Positions 32,621 to 38,091 of a DNA stretch of 38,091 nucleotides are shown one piece after another. A program made the translations under genes and the position numbers. The stretch's first letter is position 1, and each line of letters starts with the position of its first letter. Where the stretch lies: IMG/VR virus record IMGVR_UViG_3300035099_000586, one strand, 5' to 3'. This DNA is from a virus. Below the pieces are notes generated by a model, which was given only the letters and a program-made list of their open reading frames with translations, searched no databases and was not told the DNA's origin.

Positions 32621-35600
32621 AACACCTCCACAACTACTTCACGGTCGGTCGATCTCAAACTTGTTAGTTGATATTTTTCGTTTATTGTATCTCTGAACCT
32701 CTTGAACAGCGTATTTGGTGCCAACTCATTTTTTGACAGATTCACAAGATACTCAACGAATTCCGATAAACAAGGAATGATTTCCTGAGTGAGAATTCCT
32801 TTTTTGCCTAGAGCATTAATGCAGTGCTCTTCAATGTCCTTAAGTTTGGTCGTGATATTCTTGAACATTCTGAAATCGTCTAGATATTCTGAAAAATCGA
32901 CATCTGATATAACGTAGTCAAAGAGTGCTCCTCTAACATGTTTTTTGCTTGCTTCAATATTGTTCCTTGTAATTGGTACGGGTTCGATATGGGCGGTTGG
33001 ATCTCTAAGTGCCTCTCTGGCGTTAGAAAAATAATAGTGATCAATCGGCTTCCAGTTTTGACAAACTGTGATTACTAACGAATCCCTCTTTCTCCCTCCT
33101 CTTCCTATTCTTTGCAGATAGTCATTAAATGAAAAGGGAAAACCATTCACAACAACCACATCAACTCTCCTGAAATCCACACCAACTTCCAAGGTCTGCG
33201 TTGCAAAGATGCAATGGAGTTCATCTCTGTTAAATGCCCGTTCGATTTTTGCTCTACTTTTTCTATCAAAATCAGTCGTGTGCCCATCAATCTTGATGTC
33301 TGGGAGATCGTTGGCCACTGTTCGTCGTGTCAAAGCAATGAGATTATTAGAGGATCGTATCGAGTTTACAAAGGTAATTGTTTGCAAGTATTGATCCCAA
33401 GCTTCGCCTTTCTCCACAAGACGAGTCGGGGGTGTCCCTTTCTTCGACCGCATTTGGACATAGTAGATGGCTCGTCCAATTGTGCTGTCAGTGTTGTAAG
33501 CATAAGGCATTATATAGACATGATAGCGTCGAATCGTCTCGTCTCGGTTTCCCGTCAAGTAAAAGCTTTTTCTTTCTTGGTTGTCTTTCGGAACTAATAG
33601 TACGTCGTTTGGAGGAGCGTCAAAGAAATCCTCAGCGAACTCGACAGGGTTCGAAATCGTCGCCGTCGAGCCTATTCGAATGAATTTTGGCGTTGGCTCA
33701 TTGTGGTATTGCGCACTGTATTTTCGAAGAATTGCTTGCAATCTTGAGATAAAGAAGGAGCAATTTATTCCAAATGTGCCCTTGAACATGTGCACTTCAT
33801 CAAAGACTATAAAACGAGGAATTGTCGGCTGGATTAATGTTATGTTTGAACTTTTGCACTGGTCGTTATCGCATTTTCTTTTTTTCCCTTTCGCTACGTA
33901 TGTCCACCCGCAATCGTTGCAGACGAAAACTGGCCTACCAAAGATAGAATGATTCTGTGGACGCATCATCAAATCCCATATCAATGTGTCTGGGTTGGTA
34001 ATCAGAATGTCTGGTGGATCAGAGTAAACCAATTGTCTATTGCGGACTTTGACAAAGTCTATTACCTCTCCACAGGCGTTACACTTGAGAAGGTTTCCTT
34101 CAGAACGAAGAACTCCGCGTTCGCACTTAGGACAAGACAAAGGTAAATCCCACTCTTCTTCGGTTCCCGGCTCTGGCTCCATCCTCGAGATGTCGCCATG
34201 CAGCAAACCCAACGTTATTTTCTTGTCACCAAGTCTACGGTTAAGATGATACAGGATCTCTATGTACCTATTAGTCTGGTCATTTGCTAGTGCCTTTGTG
34301 GGGTAGAACACCAAAGCTTTTACGCCTTTTATGTCCCTATTATCTATGCAGTATTGGGCGATTGGAACCAAAAATGCTTCAGTCTTTCCTCCTGCTGTTC
34401 TTGCCGAGATTACTATTGTGTCAAGGTCGGTGGGTTTTTTCATGACGCCTAGAATGCAACGAATCGAGGCTGCTTGAAAAAGATAGAAATTCGTAAACCC
34501 AAGGTCTTCCTCGAAGACTGCTTGAAGGTTGGGGTTAAGCCCAAGTTCCGAACAGAGCTCACTGGGACGAGGTCCTGGCGACATCTGAGGCACATCTTCT
34601 TCAAACATTGCATAATCTCGAAAAACCAGCTTACCATCATAGATGTTAGCGGATATTTTTAGTTCTGAGTCATCCATTATACAATTAACTGTATTTGCTG
34701 CATCGCGTTCGCAATATGGATATTCAGAAGAGTGTATGTCCTCTTCCATTGTAACTTCCATTAGATACCCGTATCTGTTGCCACTCGGATTATTCCTCAG
34801 CCCAGGAATTGTAAAAAGCCTAGGCGAATAAGAGTCAAACAGTTTATCGTCTTTGATTAGCCGTAATACGGCATTCTTTTCCGTCTCCAAACTCCCAGAT
34901 TTCTCATCACGTTTTCTTTCAGGTATGACCGAACGAGGAGATTTGGGGCTTTCATTTCTGAGTTCAGCGTTTATTATTATTCTATCATGCTCTCTTGTTA
35001 TTGTTCTTGTGTATTTAATCTTGTACTTTTGTCTCATAAGTCGAGGCTTGGATTCCTCATAGAACAGGAACACATCACTCTGATCTTCGAGGAAAACTGA
35101 GATTTGTTGTTTATTGGCATCTAAGGTAACATCGACTTGCTTTTCTCCTAATTCGCTCAATTTGTCGTCCACTTTGAGCTGTATCTTCGGTTGCTCTGAA
35201 AGTAAGGTAGTGGTTATGATCAACTCATATTTTTTGAATGCATGAAGTAACTCATCTAGTGTGAGACAATATTCCTTTGGTCGGTCATCCAACGTGGGCC
35301 CCAGGTCTCCATCACAGCCTTCGCGCATTCTAAGGAAGAAAACTATGTAGGTTACCAGTGGCGATTTATCAACGGGTTTGACCGTCACTTGATAACTCAT
35401 TTTGTTCGGCACAAATTTCCAGTCTGGGTATTGAGCGTCGCCCTCATCGCTTTCAGTCGGTTGGGTATATTCATCTTCTTCGATGTCTGAAGGCTCGTCA
35501 GACTCAGTCGCGGTCTTCGGACCGAGCACTCCAATATGTGGTAAACCAGCCATTGTACGAGAACGCAGGTGATCAATTAAGTCCTGAGCCTCAATTTTAG

Positions 35601-35628
35601 CCCAGTCTTCAGGCAAAGGCATAGGCAA
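32608..35628 (-). CDS. drmA: SF2 DEAH-box helicase (DrmA-like)
   Basis: ARTAGGKT, YPTKALANDQ, TNPD, DEVH, STAT, ATQTLEVGVD, QRIGRGGR; Zn-ribbon inserts; long N-terminal extension. Confidence 0.82.
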   Translation of the reverse strand: MPMPLPEDWAKIEAQDLIDHLRSRTMAGLPHIGVLGPKTATESDEPSDIEEDEYTQPTESDEGDAQYPDWKFVPNKMSYQVTVKPVDKSPLVTYIVFFLRMREGCDGDLGPTLDDRPKEYCLTLDELLHAFKKYELIITTTLLSEQPKIQLKVDDKLSELGEKQVDVTLDANKQQISVFLEDQSDVFLFYEESKPRLMRQKYKIKYTRTITREHDRIIINAELRNESPKSPRSVIPERKRDEKSGSLETEKNAVLRLIKDDKLFDSYSPRLFTIPGLRNNPSGNRYGYLMEVTMEEDIHSSEYPYCERDAANTVNCIMDDSELKISANIYDGKLVFRDYAMFEEDVPQMSPGPRPSELCSELGLNPNLQAVFEEDLGFTNFYLFQAASIRCILGVMKKPTDLDTIVISARTAGGKTEAFLVPIAQYCIDNRDIKGVKALVFYPTKALANDQTNRYIEILYHLNRRLGDKKITLGLLHGDISRMEPEPGTEEEWDLPLSCPKCERGVLRSEGNLLKCNACGEVIDFVKVRNRQLVYSDPPDILITNPDTLIWDLMMRPQNHSIFGRPVFVCNDCGWTYVAKGKKRKCDNDQCKSSNITLIQPTIPRFIVFDEVHMFKGTFGINCSFFISRLQAILRKYSAQYHNEPTPKFIRIGSTATISNPVEFAEDFFDAPPNDVLLVPKDNQERKSFYLTGNRDETIRRYHVYIMPYAYNTDSTIGRAIYYVQMRSKKGTPPTRLVEKGEAWDQYLQTITFVNSIRSSNNLIALTRRTVANDLPDIKIDGHTTDFDRKSRAKIERAFNRDELHCIFATQTLEVGVDFRRVDVVVVNGFPFSFNDYLQRIGRGGRKRDSLVITVCQNWKPIDHYYFSNAREALRDPTAHIEPVPITRNNIEASKKHVRGALFDYVISDVDFSEYLDDFRMFKNITTKLKDIEEHCINALGKKGILTQEIIPCLSEFVEYLVNLSKNELAPNTLFKRFRDTINEKYQLTSLRSTDREVVVEVLWAR

Positions 35629-35775
35629 ACCTCAATTACACAAATACATGATAAATAAGACTAATTATAAGTTTCTCTAGATAGAAGTTGGCTAACCTTA
35701 AGCATCGAAAATTCGATATATTATCACATTTTGTTTAACTGAATGTTGTTTTGGACTTATACATTGTTAAACCTC

Positions 35776-35795
35776 ATGCTTCTGCATGGAAGCAT
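35776..35795. terminator. Hairpin (terminator or operator) between the nuclease gene and drmA
   Basis: ATGCTTC-tgcatg-GAAGCAT, 10 nt downstream of the 35806 stop. Confidence 0.35.
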
Positions 35796-35805
35796 TTTGA
35801 TCAGT

Positions 35806-36312
35806 CTAGTAGCCGATGATCAGGATTCCTTTCAGTGGCAAATTGAGCCTCCCACTTGCGTAAAGCGTATCGAAATGAGTTAGAACAATTTCAAAGTCTG
35901 GTCTCTTTCTATAAGTCCTACGTACACCTATGACTAGGTAATTGACATTATGCATCATACAGGCTTCAAATAGATCTTTGAGGAACTGATAGTTAGTCAC
36001 GGCTCTCCCTGCTTCTACTTCGAGAACCGTGCCAGTGTCCTCATGAAAAGCATCCACTTGAAACGATTTTTCCATCTGCCCGTTTCGTCCAAACAAAACA
36101 GGTACTTTGATTTTGTCGTCAATCCTGCTGCCTCTTTCCACTTTGAAATTCATGTCAAGCAGGCTTTTCTTCAGGACTAAAAGCACTTCATTGCTTGTCA
36201 GTTTGTGTTTCTGCGAGTCTATAGCTTCACTATGTTGCTTGAAGATATTGACCACTTTGAGCAGGTGTTCAGGTATAGAATCCGATTTTGGAAAATATTG
36301 CCAGCTTATCAT
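35806..36312 (-). CDS. Restriction endonuclease-like protein (BamHI/BglII-type D...ExE centre), 168 aa
   Basis: FQVDAF...VLEVEAGRAVTNYQFLKDL; ATG at 36312 follows GGGTGA. Confidence 0.6.
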   Translation of the reverse strand: MISWQYFPKSDSIPEHLLKVVNIFKQHSEAIDSQKHKLTSNEVLLVLKKSLLDMNFKVERGSRIDDKIKVPVLFGRNGQMEKSFQVDAFHEDTGTVLEVEAGRAVTNYQFLKDLFEACMMHNVNYLVIGVRRTYRKRPDFEIVLTHFDTLYASGRLNLPLKGILIIGY

Positions 36313-36316
36313 AATC

Positions 36317-36616
36317 TCACCCTTTTTTCGTTGTTTTTCTGCCCGATCCTTCAAGTCTTTTCCCCATTAAGGAAGCTAATCTCAGACGCATTGCTTCTTG
36401 TATAAAGTCTTCCTTTGTTGCATAACCTAATTCGAGGTTCTCCTTAATGAAACTCTCAACTTCTTTCAGAAGATCCGCCGACAATATTACAGACTTGCTT
36501 ATCATAACTTCAACTGCGTCAGAATAAGTCTTCGTCTTGCCAGACTCTGCCATCAATCTTCCAACAACTGCAGTCAACCTCGCATGAGCTTCATCTGAAA
36601 TTCTAAGTGTCTTCAA
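36317..36616 (-). CDS. Double ribbon-helix-helix regulator
   Basis: KTLRISDEAHARL...TYSDAVE and SVILSADLLKEV...TKEDFIQEAMR. Confidence 0.7.
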   Translation of the reverse strand: MKTLRISDEAHARLTAVVGRLMAESGKTKTYSDAVEVMISKSVILSADLLKEVESFIKENLELGYATKEDFIQEAMRLRLASLMGKRLEGSGRKTTKKG

Positions 36617-36624
36617 CCTAACCC

Positions 36625-37434
36625 CTATGCTACATAATCCAGCTTCTTCAAATAATCTTTCTCATAAAAACCGTCATTCAACATTTTCCTAATCTCTTCT
36701 AGCATGCGTTCGTTTCTTTCTGCCCAATCAGGATAACAACAAACCACCTCAACAGCATTCGGATGCGAAGCATCCCCAACCTTAACAACAACACCATTAC
36801 TCTTAGCAAACAAGTCAATCACAAGCCTAGGCAACCGCTGCTCCACCTCAAACACGTAATGCGCACCCTTAAACCGCACACCAGCCAAAACCCCCTCCAA
36901 AACCTTAACATCCGTAATCAAACCCGTAAAACTAAACCCATTACAAACAAGCTGATACGCTCTACCCAGATTAGCAGGCTTCCGCACATACAAATTAACC
37001 CTTCCAGTCTCAAACCACTGAAGCCTACCCAGCTTATCCCGCCACAACAACCACCTATTCCGCGCTTTACTAGCCACCCAGCCAGCATCCAAAGCCCGAC
37101 GCCTATCAACACCAGCAGGCACATAGCACCATCCACGCCACGCGTGAATTGAACACTTTGAACCCCGCTCATTCCTATAGTGATACTTCCAGCGGGTTCT
37201 AAGATTCCTAATATAATGCCCATGCTCTCGGTATGATAAACGAAGAATTTGACATAGCGATTTAGCTGTAAGTAACGGATTTTTATCCAAGTTTTTAAAA
37301 ACTCGCTGGGCTATGCTATCACTGTCACCACTGTCATGGTTATAGTGTAAATCAGAACCAGAGCTCTTGAGACGCCGAGCCAAAAACAAGTCACCTATTC
37401 TCTCACAATGGAATTCAACACACATTTTTGACAA
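36625..37434 (-). CDS. Unknown 269-aa protein with an HTH-like N-terminal segment (replication/transcription candidate)
   Basis: RVFKNLDKNPLLTAKSLCQILRL HTH-like segment; largest gene of the right-end early operon. Confidence 0.7.
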   Translation of the reverse strand: MSKMCVEFHCERIGDLFLARRLKSSGSDLHYNHDSGDSDSIAQRVFKNLDKNPLLTAKSLCQILRLSYREHGHYIRNLRTRWKYHYRNERGSKCSIHAWRGWCYVPAGVDRRRALDAGWVASKARNRWLLWRDKLGRLQWFETGRVNLYVRKPANLGRAYQLVCNGFSFTGLITDVKVLEGVLAGVRFKGAHYVFEVEQRLPRLVIDLFAKSNGVVVKVGDASHPNAVEVVCCYPDWAERNERMLEEIRKMLNDGFYEKDYLKKLDYVA

Positions 37435-37613
37435 ACCAAAACCATCCCAACCCCATGCTCCAAAAGAAACAAATACGAAGGCTTAAGTTCAAGCCATACT
37501 GGTTTCCCACATTTACCACAGACCGCTTTCTTTACAGGATATCGTGGAGGACCAAGAGGCCACTCATCAACCAAAAAGACCATCAACTCGGCACACTTCC
37601 TGCTTTCACTCAT
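37395..37613 (-). CDS. Zinc-ribbon protein
   Basis: CGKC and CQKC; GAAGGTGA RBS. Confidence 0.65.
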   Translation of the reverse strand: MSESRKCAELMVFLVDEWPLGPPRYPVKKAVCGKCGKPVWLELKPSYLFLLEHGVGMVLVCQKCVLNSIVRE

Positions 37614-37684
37614 TCACGCTCACCTTCACACTCCACAGCGATCGTTTTTATGACGAGTTGCCCAAAGCAGCATAGACAGTCTTT

Positions 37685-37870
37685 TCAAGGCCATCTCCCC
37701 TCCAACAACTTACCAACCAAACAGTCCACCGTACCACGCTTCAAACAATTCTCCCGTCTACAACCCACAATTTGCAACAAATCAGCCTGACGACGACCAA
37801 CAATCCTTCCTTTCACACACACCTGCTGCTGCACAGCACAACACCAACAAGAAACCTCAACCTCACTCAT
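37685..37870 (-). CDS. Small Cys-rich protein
   Basis: CWCC...C...C...C...C; GAGG before ATG. Confidence 0.55.
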   Translation of the reverse strand: MSEVEVSCWCCAVQQQVCVKGRIVGRRQADLLQIVGCRRENCLKRGTVDCLVGKLLEGRWP

Positions 37871-37965
37871 ACCTCAACGCAAACCCCCATAAGCCATCGA
37901 AAACAAAAAAGAGGGAAGATGAGCGAAACCCCTCGGCAAATCAGTATAAATTAAACGCTAGAGTA

Positions 37966-37979
37966 TGGTAGCCCGGGAG
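37966..37979. repeat. attR core of the provirus (TGGTAGCCCGGGAG)
   Basis: Exact repeat of 766-779, flanked by the perfect 10-bp inverted repeat GTATAAATTA (37944-37953)/TAATTTATAC (37997-38006). Confidence 0.9.
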
Positions 37980-38091
37980 TTACCGCTCCCAAGTTGTAAT
38001 TTATACCAAAATTCCCTCCTTTTGTTTGTTTTAAACCGTTCAGGTGTGGGATGTCCTGCAGCCTATTTCGCAGGGATCTGCCAACGACGAG

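Larger units (their letters stand above)
766..37979. mobile_element. Integrated archaeal head-tailed provirus, 37,200 bp core-to-core
   Basis: Terminal direct repeats, adjacent tyrosine integrase, and terminase, portal, protease, capsid, neck and tail genes; archaeal expression signals. Confidence 0.92.

Noticed and set aside
37944-38006. Protelomerase (telRL-like) site
   Set aside because: The centre of the palindrome is a 14-nt asymmetric spacer, whereas hairpin-telomere sites are symmetric through the centre; the element is integrated with direct repeats.

Overview
The window holds an apparently complete 37,200-bp provirus of an archaeal head-tailed virus (HK97-fold Caudoviricetes) at 766-37979. 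An archaeal host is supported by TATA boxes, GGAGG/AGGTGA ribosome-binding sites and frequent TTG starts; Bathyarchaeia is my unverified guess. A 14-bp direct repeat (TGGTAGCCCGGGAG) bounds it. Joining the two ends in silico rebuilds attP as a 64-bp imperfect palindrome, and a third copy of the core at 113-125 delimits a 653-bp one-gene mini-unit. The provirus encodes a tyrosine integrase, regulators and a full morphogenesis module in permuted order: protease, cement, capsid, portal, neck, tail, terminase, then an ABC-GNAT fusion. No polymerase, primase or MCM helicase is recognisable. About 14.4 kb (roughly 39%) is defence-like cargo: (1) a DISARM-like drmA-drmB-drmC operon with an unknown 558-aa gene, converging on a C5-cytosine methyltransferase plus a MIG-type T:G glycosylase; (2) an 855-aa fusion of an EgtD-family methyltransferase to a MAD8/HerA-like ATPase; (3) three stand-alone PD-(D/E)xK nuclease-like genes. 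Features the ORF track misses include a -1 frameshift in the tail chaperone, three near-cognate starts (CTG portal, ATA tape measure, ACG membrane protein) and a 39-aa RHH regulator. The virion module also has a very short tape measure, an alpha/alpha-toroid fused to the head-closure protein, and a Hint/intein-like insert. All family calls come from motif reading without database searches.
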